A DNA stretch of 64,000 nucleotides from Eledone cirrhosa. Lineage: Eukaryota. The translations under genes and the position numbers were made by a program. Positions 13,969 to 29,801 of the stretch are shown piece after piece. The stretch covers positions 48,856,001-48,920,000 of the forward strand of contig OZ024751.1 of the NCBI GenBank assembly GCA_964016885.1, given 5' to 3'. The notes below the pieces were generated by a model, which was not told the DNA's origin, did no database searches, and saw only the letters and a program-made list of their open reading frames with translations. The stretch's first letter is position 1. Each line of letters opens with the position of its first letter.

Positions 13969-15543
13969 AACGACGTGTAACGAAGCTGTTAGATTAGAGA
14001 GAGGTGATTAAATACAGAGAGAGATGACACCAGATTCGTTAGCATGGTTACTGCTGAATGGGAAGGTTTGGAAATATGATTACAATAACTTTCCGAATTT
14101 TGCCGTCTATAAATTGCACTTAAAATAATTAAATTTAATAAAAAAACAGCTCTGCACTTTATACTCCGGTGAGCCTTATGTATAAATAATACAATGGTAA
14201 TCAATCACGGCTCTAACAAGTAATAGATCTAGACTAAATGTAAAGAAGATAGCATTTTCTCTGGTTGGCCTTACGCGCCGTTGCGCGGACCTGATTTTAA
14301 ATGATACGCCTTATATCCTGGTGAGCCTTATAGAGCGGAAAATATCTATTGGAAAAGAATACGAATTCATGACCAAGGTGTGACAAAATAGGCGTCTATA
14401 CAGCGCCTGAAACAAACTTGTCCCAAACCCTAGGATTTTTCTCGTTAAGTATCCACCCAAAAGGAACCGTTTTTTAGTTACAAAAAATAACCAAAGTGTA
14501 TAGTATCTATATTTCTGACATATCATGCCAAAAAGAACAATATATTCAAAAAATGTTCTAAAGTACATTCAATCTCTCTTTTTGACCGATATCTTAATAA
14601 GCAAGTTATCGATTTTTTATTGGCTGTCAGTGTCTATCTGCATGCAGGTGTGCACGTGTGCGCAATTAATTGCAAATACGCTCATAACATTTAGTCGTAA
14701 GCAGAACAAAAAATGCCATTAGAGGTGGGCTAATAATGAAGACACAAACCCTGGTGAACTTACATTTAAACACCCGAAAAGTTACTCACTTCCTGTGCAA
14801 AAGACTGTATTATAAATTAAGTAATTTTTTAGAATCTTTTGTTTAAAAAAGGAAAACATTGGTACGACGTAAATTTTTTTACTTGTATTGTATGTGTACA
14901 ATACAACTTGGTCAACGTATTATTTAGTAATTTTTTTTTCAAAAAGCATGATTATTTAAGACTGTTTGAAAATTTACTCACAGCTTTTAGGTTCACAAAA
15001 GATACCATTAAATTTGGTTCCCTTTTCAGATAGGGATAATACTGTATTTCCACTTGAATAAGGTGGAATATGAAAAGATAAACTCTTTAATGGTCGGTCG
15101 TTTACTGAGACAGCTGGGAAGACATGCAGCTGGCCGTCCAATCAATAACGCACGTCCTTATATGGGCATATGAAATTTATTTTTATTGCGCCAGATGTAA
15201 ACTAAGAGTTCTTGTGTTCGAATTCACATAAAATTTCATTGGAATCGAAAAACATTCTGTCATAGGGCCCGATTATCGATTTTTCGAAAATTTCAAGTAG
15301 CCTATTCCACTCTACGCGTTGAGTTTTATATATGTGTGAGGTTTCATGAAAATTGGATGAACGGTGTAGCATGCAAGTTCGGTACACTAAACAATGTCCA
15401 TCTTCCCTTTATATATATAGATATATACATATAAATATATATGTGTGTGTGTGTGTATTTATGTACCTAAACTGCTTTTATACTATATCTAGTTTTCCAT
15501 CGTCGTTTTCTGTCGATTAGGAATGTTTTATTATTTTACTGCG

Positions 15544-15737
15544 AAGGCGGTGGATTGGCAGTATCAGTAGAGGGTCGGACGCCATGCTTTGCAACAAAGA
15601 GTTACGGCCCTTTATGGTCTTAGCTCAAATTCCGCCAAGGTTAACTTTGACTTTCATCCTTACAGGGTCGATAAAATAAAGCACCAGTAATACACTGAGA
15701 TAATTGCTGGCCTTGCGCCAAAAGTAGAAACAATTAT
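15544..15737 (+). mobile_element. tRNA-derived SINE family 1 (Meta-like central domain)
   Basis: Pol III A/B-box-like head; central ctttcatccttacagggtcgataaaataaag; many copies in window. Confidence 0.8.
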
Positions 15738-16216
15738 TTTACTCCGAAGTGGTATATGACTTCGTTTTCGCACTATATATGTGCAGATGTTGTAGCATAA
15801 ATGATCCTTTATACTGCTCTGATCTGAAGGATGGACGAGAGAATATGTATCTTACAGTATTTCACCAATTTACATAATCTTTTAAAATGAATAATTGGGT
15901 TGTCTTCTAAATCTATGGCAGATTTAAGCGAAAATGAAATTATTTCTAAGTAGGAATTAAACAGCTACGTAATATATGTTAAGGCAATCCTAAATCTAGT
16001 TCCCATGTACTCATAGCATAAATAAGATGATTAAAAGCGTTGACGATGAAAGACTTTATATAAAAAAAAAGAGCATACGTCGTCTATGTAGGTTATATTA
16101 AATCTAACGGAATTCTGTAAATTTTATTGCGCATAATGGAGCAGGCCATAAGCTCGTGACAAAAAGATGTCCTGGTTTCTTTGACATGAAAATAAATGTG
16201 TTTTTATATATATGGG

Positions 16217-16287
<71 letters not shown>

Positions 16288-16408
16288 ATTTATGTATATA
16301 GATATATATGCATACATACATATATATATGTATATATATATATACATATATATATATATACATACATATATACAAATATATATATATATATACATATATA
16401 TATGTATG

Positions 16409-16442
<34 letters not shown>

Positions 16443-16870
16443 TGTATATATATGGGAGGGTGCATGTATTTGGATATAATTATTTTTTGTGGGTATATAT
16501 TGTGTCGCACGCTCACACATATGCGAACTATGCACTTATCTATGTATATATACATAATGTTTGAACGGAAGAGTAGGTCAAACCTTGATTAAAAAATTAG
16601 TTTATGTACCCCGTTCATGTCAAATCAGAATGTACATGTGAACATTAATACATACACATAGGGAGGAGGTGTATATACACGCACAGATCAACATTCATAT
16701 AAGCACAGACGCACACAAATACACATACATCTACACACACACATACACACACACACATACACACACATATATATATATATATTTATACATATTCAAAAAT
16801 ATATACTTATACATAGATACATACATACATATATATATATATGCGTTAGAGCGTGTATGTGTATGAATGC

Positions 16871-17011
<141 letters not shown>

Positions 17012-17358
17012 AGTTTGTATTTCTGTAAAGATGGATGAGAAATTCCACAGTTCTTATGTATTTCACTAAACCAAAATAAACGGTGAACGTTAAACCAACA
17101 TGTCTGCTCGGAAACTAACATAAAAAAATCATTGCTTCACCAGTTATATATGTTTAACGCTAAGGTCGTTATTTACATACCACAACATATCACACTTGCC
17201 TATTGTTCTATTCCTGCTCTCTCTGCCAGTTTTTGAAAAAAAATGTTTATATTTCGGGTATCTATTCTGCTCTTTATCATAGACAAAAACACGCACACAA
17301 ACACATATATATGTATATAAGAGTACGTATCTCTCTCTCTCTCTATATATATATATAT

Positions 17359-17389
<31 letters not shown>

Positions 17390-20286
17390 TATATATATAC
17401 ACATATATGTATGCATGTATATATGAATATATGTATGCTTACATGAAGATAAATACAAAAGGCTGTGTGGTATGTATAATTATAACAAATACTGACATAC
17501 TATGTTAGACAAGTTGAATCTACGCTCACCATAATCAAAATATTCCCTGATACGTATTTATCAGAATCATCGTTTCTTCCTATTCAATATTCGAAAGCTA
17601 AATCACCAAACTTTGGACAACAGCAATAGTTAAAATGAAGGATTTATTATTTTCAGACACCGTTTGTTCCAGGTTTTCGAGTATCGGAACCATTTGCCTA
17701 CGAAATAAACACGTATGTGGCTGAGCATTCAACGGACATCTGCCTTTTTATCACAGTTCATGGAATTATTCAACGTGACACAATCAGTGTATGGCCTGAT
17801 TGATTTTTTGTATTACAGCTCAAACTCATTTTTGTTCAGGAGTGTAGACAGGCCAAATATAAAATAGAGTGGCTTGGTTGAGTACACAACTTACCACCGG
17901 AAATCTAACATACTAGCTTAGGCTTATGAGACGATCACCCTAGATACGAAGTAGTGCGTCTTTACTATTGTCATGTATTAGAATATAAAAACAAACCTCA
18001 GCATTATACTTTATTTGAACTGAACAAATATGTTTTTAAATAATTTTTTTTTAAAAATTGTAAACAAATATATTCACAAATAACAACACTACAGTTATTT
18101 AAAAATGGAATATGTAGGGAAGATCAAGGGTTCTAGGGTCACAGAAGAATGGTAGGTGGGAGAGGGAGAGTGATGGGCTCTAGGCTTAGGGTGCGGTTGT
18201 GTTGGGGCTGTGCCCTGCGAACAAGTCCACAAAAGCCATACGCTGTTTACAAGGTATCTTCGATAATATATCAACCGGTATATTAAATTTCCCAGAATGT
18301 TGTTTTGTAATAAAACGATGTATAATTATCATCTTAAGTAATTTATTTTATATAGACCTTTAGTTCCACAACTGCTCCAGTCAATGGTTTGGTGACGCGA
18401 TCTTAATTTGCTAATTATAAATTTATAGGCTGTACATGTACATACTGTAGAAAAATGACCATTTCATCATAGTCCCTTCCTTTCTTAAACAGAATCTGAC
18501 TTTACTGTATTTGGAATAAATTGCATAGCCTTGTACTAGCTAATAAGTGTTAGCTAGTATAATGTATATAATGCAGGCGACAAGCACACACAATAGACGG
18601 ACTGATGTAGAAAATGTACCCATTCCAAAACTCTTAAAAAATATAATATTTAAAACATTTTAAACTCTATGTTTATGCACCCATTGCTATCAGTCTTGCG
18701 GCAAAGATTTCGTTAGTAACACCGTAAGATGAGTTTCTGTACTTAAACAAGCGCCATTAAATTAATAAATAATATATAATATTAAACATGGAAGGTTACC
18801 CTTTACACAACGACTTTAAAAGCCCACATCAATGATTAAAAAAATATAGTATTCCTCAGCATATGGTATGCCTGTCCATGAGAATCATCATATAATTGCC
18901 AGAAATTAGGATTAAATAATACAAAAAAATCATCACCAATGCTACTATGTATACTATATCTTTGACTGATAACTATGATTTTCATACCAATGTTTGTAGT
19001 ATTGATTACACCAACAAATATTTAATAACTGATATATGCCGCATGTTTGCAATTAAATAAATGGATATAAAAGCTGCAGACATATCTGGTGATTAAACTG
19101 GTGCACATCACTGAATACGGTCTCTTTGTGAAAGCATACTCACTCAAAGTGCAAACCAGTAAAGCGATAGGAGATGATTGCATTTGACTATGAAGAATAA
19201 CCTACCACTAGCACAACCTGGATTTGTTTTCCTGGATTATATTAGGACATATTTGGATTTATATATCTTGTAATTATGAAGATGTAAACGAACGAACTAT
19301 AATGTATCTTTAAGTTAATCATTTGGCTGGAAAATATCTCAATAATTTAATGGTATCCCTGAATTTATTTTAACTAGCTGTTCCCGTGGATATGTCCCGG
19401 TTTAAGTAGCAACAACCATCAAGTATCCCCCCCTCTCTCTCTCTCTCGCTCTCTCTCTCTCAAATACAGCCACCCATATACTCTCATATACTCTCCTACC
19501 ATCTTCTTTCCATATAGACGTAATATAAAAAGACGTGGGCGTTGCTGTCGCCATCACCGCTCTTCTCTCTCTCTCTCTCTCTCTCTCCTCTTTCTCTTTC
19601 GAGCATCACAGACTTTCTACACTACATACACAACAGGTTTAATATAATAAATCATCGTTTTTTTCAAAAAAGATCAAAACAATCTTTATCTTATATGGCT
19701 GCAGTTTTTCGCCGAATAAAAAACTGATACACAAGAGGATAAATGCACCATTGCACATGATGACCTGACAATGACACATGCGGCATTCCTGCCGATAAAA
19801 TCTGCTAAACTGATTCATGTAAATACATCAAAATCCCAACGGAAGTAACATTCTACGAAAAACATTTACAGCTGCAATATAAGATGATGTTGGCAACGCA
19901 GATATATAGTCAGAATAAACACGTGAAAGCCATTTGTTGCATGTGTTGCTGAAAACTATTTCAATTACATTATAGTAATATTACAATAAGGTTTTCTATG
20001 ATATTGCAATAATCCTTTCCTTTATAAAAATGTTTATTGTGTAACTGTTTATAGTGGTAGAAATATATGCCTTATATTGCCAAAAATGTACTGAAACTGA
20101 AAAATATTTCGTCTCTACATAATCTAAATAATGATAGAGATGAATAATTAGTTGTGTGGGCCATTATCCGAAATTTGATTTCAGAGCTTAATCGAATATT
20201 CATCTAAACAAAACGTAAATTGATTTTTGGAAGAATAAACAATTTTGTTGGATCAAGGGACCTTTGAATTAATTATTGTATAACAT

Positions 20287-20465
20287 AATAATCGTTTCTA
20301 CTTTTGGCACAAGGCCAGCAATTACCCAGTACATTACTGGTGCTTTATTTTATCGACCCCGTAAGGATCAAAGGCAAAGTTAACCTCGGCTGGATTTAAA
20401 CTCAGACCATAAAGGGCCGTAACTCTTTGCTGCAGACCCTCTACCCATACTGCCAATCCACCACC
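20287..20465 (-). mobile_element. SINE family 1
   Basis: Reverse-complement match to 15544 copy. Confidence 0.8.
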
Positions 20466-21859
20466 CTTTTATAACATATAATAATAGATAGTTAACATGG
20501 GAGATATGGCGGTGTGCTGTCAGATTTGTTAAAGCGGTGATCGAAACGATTTGAGGTATCGTTGTGACACTATATACGTTCTTATTGCGAATCCCATTAA
20601 ATCTAGTTTTGTTTCATAGCGTTCGAAGGTCAATAAATATTGTACCCATCAAATATTCTGCTCGATATATTCGAGTGTTCTGTTCTTCAAATAGGTCAGG
20701 TATTGTACTTATAAACGAATACAGTATAGTGTTGCCTGTGTTGTATGAAAGACAACACAACATATACAGTAGCTTTAATATAATAGGTAGAACATCGCTT
20801 ACATTGTGATTTGCAAACCATAGCGCTTAGTTCACCTTGACGTGTTCAAATATTGATCCTGGAAGTAGTTGAATTATAGGTGATCTTGAGATTTAAATAT
20901 TTGTTGGTGCTTACACATGTTTTAATTTATAGTAAATCTCTTCTATATTTCTTTAAAATTAATTCTTAAAGAATTTTCGGATCAAAGCATTTTTATGATA
21001 ACTAAGCTTGCATTGGCAGTTCAACTTCTTTGTCTTCCTATTTGAGGAAAAAGATCTATATATTTGAGGTTCAATATATATGTATTGGAGTATCAATGTC
21101 TTTGTATTTCAGGATCAATGTTTTTGTATTTAAGGATCACATTATTTGTATTTTAGAATGAATATGTCTCTATATGTAGCCGAAGAGGTTTATATTTGAG
21201 CATCACTTACTTTGTATTAGAGGATCAATTGTCTACTCTTGGTAACTGTAGTTTTTTTTCGACATAATTGATTTTAATGGTCAATTTTCTCATCCCTATT
21301 AAAAGATATATTACCACGAATTTGACGACACTGTTTTTGTTTTGTAATTGATAATATATTTTCTATATTTCTACTTTCAATTCTATTTGCATACATTTCA
21401 GCCAGTATTTACATACATTTGAGCTATTACTTACTTGGAATTTCAACGATAATTGCATGTATTTGAGCTGCAATTTACATACATTTGACTCGTTATTTAC
21501 ACGTCATTCTTCCTTTATTTAGATATACTTAAACGTGTATATACTTATATTTGATCCTCTATTTTTACATGTATTTCCTCAGAGATTTACAGAGATTTAT
21601 TTACAGAGATTTGATGATTAGTTCCCACGTATTCTAAAAATACAATAGCACGAATTAATTTTAGTTAAAAGATATATCAACAGCAAATTTATTTGAATTT
21701 AAACACTACGTAACGGAATAGGAGATAGAACAAAATGGATACATGACGAAGAATTCGTATAAGAATCTAAGACTTTATGCGTATAGAACATTTATACGAC
21801 GTGGAATAGCCACGTGCACTTCAGGTTTATTATTTATTATTTATTAACAATATTATTAT

Positions 21860-21863
21860 TATA

Positions 21864-21896
<33 letters not shown>

Positions 21897-21985
21897 GGTG
21901 GTGGTGGTGGTGGTGGTGGTGGTGGTGGTAGAGGTGTGGTGGTGGTGGTGGTGGTAGAGGTGTGGTGGTGGTGGTGGTGGTGGTA
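21860..21985. repeat. (GTT)/(GGT)n trinucleotide repeat
   Basis: Direct reading. Confidence 0.9.
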
Positions 21986-22136
21986 TACAAAAACAGGGAT
22001 TGGAAGGTGAATGAGGCAGCGATTGAAAATATTCAATTATATTGCTAACATTTAGATTATCGATCTCGTCAGGATCAATGGCAACATCGACCCTGTAGAA
22101 GAAGGCTTTTATAATGTTAGAAGCGAGAAGAATAAC

Positions 22137-22209
<73 letters not shown>

Positions 22210-22263
22210 GTGTGTGTGGGTGTATGCGTGCGTGTACGTGTGTGCCTGTGTATCTATGTGTAC

Positions 22264-22316
<53 letters not shown>

Positions 22317-23860
22317 GCATCATAAACGGCACTCTACTTTGTGCTCCTCAACCCCTCCCACACTACACCCACTTTCGAACTATTAATCTCTATGACGAAA
22401 TTTCTTTCTTACATGTATAAAATGTATTTAGCTTTGTTGTTTAAACCTTTTCGTAAATTGAGTATGAAATCATATTTATGATGCATTTAAGTGACATACA
22501 TATGATCAGAATTAAACCAATCAAAGTAAGGATTTGACATTTTGTTCCTTTCCTTCTTCTTCTGTATCACTTATGGCATTTATAAACCTGTCTATTTCGG
22601 AATCCCACAGAACCGTAGCACAGCTACTGATCTACAGATTTCTTGCTTATAACTAGAGCTAAGCGCATGATTGATAAACCTCTCGCTGGATAGAACACTC
22701 CCGTAAGAGAAAATTGAATCTTTTATTCATGATGCAAATATTTGATAAATCAATGAATCAGGCGGTCTTACACTGTTTGCGTTACTATACGAGAACACGT
22801 TGTACCTACTTAGAGATGACCGAGCTTGAACGTTCACGGTTATGACTGCGAACAACTAAAACGCCAATGGCAAGTAACGACTTCTTAACCTCTTGACTTC
22901 TTGGACTCTTGCTTGGTTGTACAGTACTTTATGAAATCTGCCATCCGTTATTTGAATTCATAGACTTCAGTTTCATACCGAGTAAACCGACAAATGAATT
23001 CTATCAAAGCCATGGGCTGAAGTTTAACTGTATGATATATATATGTGTGTGAAGTAACACTACTTCATGTCTAGGTCAGCTATTAGGATTGGCAACTTTT
23101 CGGATGAATGCTATGTGTTTTGCTTGCAATACAAACGACTAGATTTGTCACACTCCATGTCAAGCTGAATCTCACTGAAAACTACTTTAATAGTGGACAT
23201 GTCAGTACAGTTCTCGGCCTTTGGCCGTTAATCTCACGAGCAGGCTGTTCTTTTGTCTCAACACCTTGAAAACTCGACGTTGGAACCGATGGATGTTCGA
23301 GACACATACACACACAAACCGGTTGAATCTCATTAATTATTACAGTAACTTCACTGAAATCCATCTGTTAAATAGTATCTACCCTACACCAGAAAAAGAG
23401 AATCTGAGAATGAAAGGACTAAAAAAGAAGAATGAAACATGAACAGAATATACTATTTTCAGGAGGCAAGGTAAGAAACTTAACTTTCACTCAGAAGATG
23501 AGAACTAGATGGTCATATAGATCACATTCGGGTTCTTGATGAATCTACTGAATGAACTGGAAGAAGACCAAGCAAATGATATACAAATAAGTGTGAAAGA
23601 GCAGTGGTGAATAGTAAAGGGCTGCCAAAATCTCAAAACCAGAAAGGAATACTCTATCCATGTGTTGCGGTTACATAAATAGTGCTTCATATTTAAACGA
23701 ATATATATAATTAGTGTATTTTCCGGTGAGCAAGACACCGCTGACACTAAGAAGAAGTTTTGAAATGTCACTCTTGGTATGGGAAGTCAATAGCTTTGTT
23801 AGTAATAGATCTAAATATTTGAAAGTAAGTGCCTTCATTCCCCAGAACCTCTTCGTCTCC

Positions 23861-24027
23861 GAGTATCGGTAGAGCGTCAGACACCATGCCTTGCAGTATA
23901 GAGTTATGACCCTTTAAGTTCTGAGTTCAAATCCCGCTGAGGTTAACTTTGCCTTTATCCTTACGGGGTCGATAAAATAAAGCATCAGTAATGCACTTGA
24001 ATAATTGCTGGCCTTGTGCCAAATGTA

Positions 24028-24030
<3 letters not shown>
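23861..24030 (+). mobile_element. SINE family 1
   Basis: Match to 15544 copy. Confidence 0.8.
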
Positions 24031-24061
<31 letters not shown>

Positions 24062-24353
24062 AGTGTTGACGGACCCAGCATACATATCAATGCCAGTACC
24101 GGTTGTATCTCAGCGCACTCCATGGGCAATGTAAGAAACATTCCAAGATAATACACAAAGTTATTTGCTTCAACACAATACACGTAAAACGTGTGCCTAT
24201 AAGGTTCCTGGACTCGAGTTTCTGCCGCACTAATGCAGCAGTAAGTGCACTGCACCATATGTCTGCATATATTATGCAACAATGCACAATCGGCTTATGC
24301 GGCTTCATCAGCGGGTATCGCCTAATCAATAACCAATCGATATATATATATAT

Positions 24354-24587
24354 AGGTAAATTTCTTTAAGTCGTTTAGAAGCATCGACAATGCAGATGGG
24401 TAAATCTCCGGGTAACAAGATCCAGTGGTGGAGAGAGAGATGTAAGTGGGTGTACGTTGAGATGCGTGGCGTGTATAAGACTGTAACGTGTAGAGGAATG
24501 AAGCAAAGAATCGAAGCTTCCAAACGACTTAAAGAAATTTTCCTTATTATTCCACAATGCTTCAAGCAAACTTCAATACTCTCTTAT
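24354..24587 (+). mobile_element. Short foldback element with spacer and tail
   Basis: 34-bp inverted repeat 24354-24387/24511-24544, tail to 24587, (TA)n flanks; no hammerhead recognised. Confidence 0.5.
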
Positions 24588-24796
24588 ATATATATATAAG
24601 TATATATTGTATAACGACCTCGCCTCATCCGAAATCTCGATTATATTTAACTTTGTGCTGTCTATCAACGTAGATATGTGTGTTTATGAATACGTATGTG
24701 CTTCTGTGCGTACGTGTGTGTGTGTGTGTGGATGTGTGTGTGTGTCTGTGTGTGAGTGTGAGAGAGGGTGAGAATGAGAGGGACAGAGAGAGAGAG

Positions 24797-24853
<57 letters not shown>

Positions 24854-25018
24854 ACAGAGAGAGCGTTGAAATGTTTTTGAGAAGAAATGCAAGGTAATCA
24901 TATTGTTTGATTACGAAAATGAATTCACAATTATAAACAAAACAGGTTCATTGAACACAAACAAACTAACCAGATAGTCATGTCTACATGCACAGAGATA
25001 CATCACATACATATATAC

Positions 25019-25095
<77 letters not shown>

Positions 25096-25097
25096 TG

Positions 25098-25191
<94 letters not shown>

Positions 25192-25195
25192 TGTA

Positions 25196-25271
<76 letters not shown>

Positions 25272-25402
25272 TGTATATATATATATATATATGTGTATAG
25301 ATAAATATATATATATACACCTATATATTTATATTTATATATATATATATATATATATAGGTGTATATATATATATATATATATATATATTTAGGTGTAT
25401 AG

Positions 25403-25473
<71 letters not shown>

Positions 25474-25554
25474 TGTGAAAAAAAAAATATATATATATAT
25501 ATGTATGTATATATATATTTGCACATAGGCAGAAACAGAAAGAGATAGATAGAC

Positions 25555-25629
<75 letters not shown>

Positions 25630-25647
25630 AGAGGAAGAGAGAAGGAG

Positions 25648-25686
<39 letters not shown>

Positions 25687-26109
25687 GAAGGAGAGGGAGA
25701 GAGGGAGAGAGAGTGAAATTAAACCACCACTGAAAAAAACAAATACACACGAAAAGGAGTTTATCTTTGAACTCTAATATCACGCGACACCAGGTGACAG
25801 TTTATATAACTTTAATGGAGATTTAGTTCCAGCGTAACCCCACCTCCCAAACATATATACACACAGGCAGGAATAGAGAGACGAATTAAACCCTCACAGA
25901 AAAAATAAAATATATATATATATATGAATGTGTGTGTATATATATATATGTATGTATATGTGTATATATATATATGTATATATATATTTATATATATGTA
26001 TATATATGTATATATATGTATATATATGTATATATATTTGTATGTGTGTAAATATATATATATATATGATTGTATATATATATATGTATATGTATATATG
26101 TATATATTC

Positions 26110-26140
<31 letters not shown>

Positions 26141-26370
26141 TGTATATATATGTATATATATGAATATATATTTGTATGTGTGTAAATATATATATATGTA
26201 TGTATATATATATGTATATGTATATATGCATATATATATATGTATATATATATATATGCATATATATATATGAATGTATATAAATATATGTATATATGCA
26301 CATATATATATATATATATATATACACATGTAAGTATGCACACGTATATATATATATGAATGTATATGTA

Positions 26371-26464
<94 letters not shown>

Positions 26465-26505
26465 TACATATACATTCATATATATATATACGTGTGCATA
26501 CTTAC

Positions 26506-26553
<48 letters not shown>

Positions 26554-28433
26554 TGAGATACTTATATATATATATATATACACTTATATATATATATATA
26601 TATATATACACTGAGATATTTATCTCCGGAGATTAATATTGTTTAACTATCCTCAACGTTTATATGATATGATCTATTAGCATTAAACTTGTTGGCAATA
26701 TCCTACATTAAATGTGTTTTTGTTCGGTTATGTTTGTATAAATGTATGCATACATACATTTTGTGTATATTTTGATCGAGTATCTTTGTGTGTTTTAGTG
26801 GTGTTAAATATTATTTTTTTCTTTATTTTTTCATTATTTTCACTCCTTTTTAAAATGAAAACTATATGTATTCAGATTAATATGACCGTGTGTATATATT
26901 ATATTATATTAATATTACTGTGTGTATATACTGGGCCATAATATGCGCTTGTGTACCCAGCAATAAACGTAAACGCTTATATATGCATGATCAACATATT
27001 CTTTATAAAATGTATATATATGATGTAATATGTGTACATATACATGTATGCATATATCTATACAATTATATATATATTCATGGTATATATATATTCATGG
27101 TGATTTTCATTTGAAGTATTTCGATTTACAAAATATATTTACAGACAAATGAAAAACAACTCTATACCGGAGAAGGATTGCATTTATAAGTATTACAAAT
27201 TTAAGGGCTAGAGGTACACCGTATATTATTACTCAGTGCTTCATATGAGGTTGGAATCAACAGGGTCAGGTAGCTAATGGTGAGAATGTTGAATAATTTA
27301 CAGTCATTTGGCAGCTCAATGCTACCGCTTCATAATACGATACTCCTGAAGCTTTCACCATTAATGTGCCAGTGTGAAGATTGACTTTATGAATGAAACT
27401 CTGTGTAAGGAGATTTTATTTGACACTCGGCGTCTTCTGAGATTGAACTCGTTTATCTAGTAACCACTAGAGAAGTGAAGCCACCTCCCCACCACAAAAA
27501 AGAAAAAAATAGATGTAGGGAAATAAGTGATAATATAGACTCGACCATGTGACAAGGCGGAATGAATGGGAACAGTGGTAAATACAGTAACCCTGGTTGT
27601 GGTTACAAGATGGTTGAATATAGTTAGAGAAACGAATGAATCAGCAATGCTTTTGTGATGCACTCTGTTCCAGGGTATAATGTGTTGTAAGGAAAGATCA
27701 TTAGTAATTGGTAGGGATATCACCTAAAGTGATCATCAGTGCCCTGGTTGAGAACTATTCATGTTTAATCTGGGTGATATATAATGATATTCTCTTGACT
27801 TAGGCGTGATTATCTTTCATTACTCTTGAACAAGATAAGCCTGGTTATCAAGTGGAAGTTTTCGATGTGTGGAATAACGGCGGATTTAGTGTGGGGTGTG
27901 TAACTTCCATTTCAATGGCATTTTGGTGCATAGAAGTAGATTTTATTGAATTTAGGTTTTTGATGTATTGCAAGGATATTGAGATTAAACATAATCCAGC
28001 ATTTTACTGCCGTTCAACGATCTGAAGCGGGGAAATTAGAAAGATTTAGTGAAGTTCTCAGAGTAAGAATATAGCTTCTTTCACTGACTGAAAGATATAA
28101 ATACTTCCCAAATAGATGATCGGCTAGTTTGCCGCGAACAAATTATCGAACAAATTATCGAAAATAACAGAAAATTATTAATATTTGTTCAAATTTTTAC
28201 AGCAAAGCTTATAAACAATTGTTATTATCTGCGTTAAAATTTACCTTAGATGACAATGATACATATTATAGGTAAACATCTTAGAACGTGATGATTATCA
28301 CCAAAACCAAAACCAAGTGTTAAAAGAAGCGAAGAAAAATCTGACTTAAACTCATGAAAATATATTTAGTTTCAATAAAAATATTGCGTGAGTTTCTAAA
28401 ACAATACAACACCATCACTGACTCATATGTCTA

Positions 28434-28469
<36 letters not shown>

Positions 28470-28595
28470 TGTACGGGAGAGATATATACATATATATATG
28501 TATATACATATATATATATATATATGTGTATGTATATACATATATATATAGTTACATATATATATATACGTATATATATATATGTATGTATGTAC

Positions 28596-29004
28596 GGGAG
28601 AGATGACCCCTTAGCCTTTGTCAAGGCAGAATTCTAGGAGAAGGAAAACTCTGATATAACACCTGCAACTCTGATGGTATCCAATGATGTTGACTTGTTC
28701 TTCTTTTTGGTAAATATCATCTTGGTTAAGAGAGTGGGACTGGCTTTGTGCAGTGCCTTTGCTCACTATAAAAGCTTCACGGCACAAGCATTGCTTTATA
28801 TCTGGAGATCTCTCTGCACTTGTCGTCACATGGTACCATGGGCCCAGCACTATGTGTCAATAATTGTCACAAGTGTAGTGTTTGTACCAGAGTTTTCAAG
28901 TCGCTGGCTGGACTAAAAAGTCACACTCGTTCAGTGCATCGGTAGAGGTTCTCCTACATGGATATAAAGTAGTGGCCGTACTCGAAAACGAGTTGGCAGC
29001 CACC
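28596..29004 (+). mobile_element. RTE-like LINE 3' fragment with C2H2 finger
   Basis: KCSVCTRVFKSLAGLKSHTRSVHR*; terminal hairpin gtggc..ctcgaaaacgag..gccac then (TATG)n; second copy at 42255. Confidence 0.7.
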
Positions 29005-29208
29005 ATGTATGTATGTATGTAAGTATGTATGCACGTATATATGTATGTGTGTATGTATGTATGTATATGTGTATGTATATATGTATTTATGTAAGTATTT
29101 ATGCACGTATGTATGTATATATGTTTGTATGTATGATATGAGAAATATTTATTATACAAAAAACAACTAATATATATAAAAAGAAATGAAACGAGTATAT
29201 GAATAAAT

Positions 29209-29297
<89 letters not shown>

Positions 29298-29579
29298 ATC
29301 AACAAAACAGTCTACGGAGACATGTTGTGTCAGACATCTGAAGGGTAGGTGAGGTGATATTCCGGTGTAGAGGAGTATAACCTTTATAATTTGAGAAGAT
29401 AAACCACCAAATATATATATATTTATATATAAGACAATGGAAGACGGCCCGGCCACATAGGGAAGAAGACGTTAGAAAACGTGAAATACCGAATGTCAAA
29501 TGTTTAAGCCGCAATAATAACGCATTTATATGTATATATATATATATATATAATATATATAATATATATATATATATAT

Positions 29580-29723
<144 letters not shown>

Positions 29724-29746
29724 ATATATATATATGTATATATGTT

Positions 29747-29801
<55 letters not shown>

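Larger units (their letters stand above)
12924..15421 (-). mobile_element. Non-autonomous Helitron, about 2.5 kb
   Basis: Minus strand starts TCTATATATATAAA and ends with hairpin CCCGGGCAACGCCGGG then CTAG; inserted between A and T. Confidence 0.8.

Noticed and set aside
19373-19410. Possible second Helitron 3' end
   Set aside because: Hairpin degenerate and no matching 5' TC end identified
23452-23476. Possible 8-nt micro-exon (ttttcAG GAGGCAAG GTAAG) and other isolated splice-like sites (8923, 10371)
   Set aside because: No coherent gene model; expected by chance
27450-28000. Possible ancient LINE endonuclease remnant on minus
   Set aside because: No diagnostic motif could be read
29300-29525. 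Possible further (TA)n-inserted tail element (ACTCCTCT on minus, GGCCGGGCCGTC)
   Set aside because: No inverted arm, GAAA or second copy; too weak
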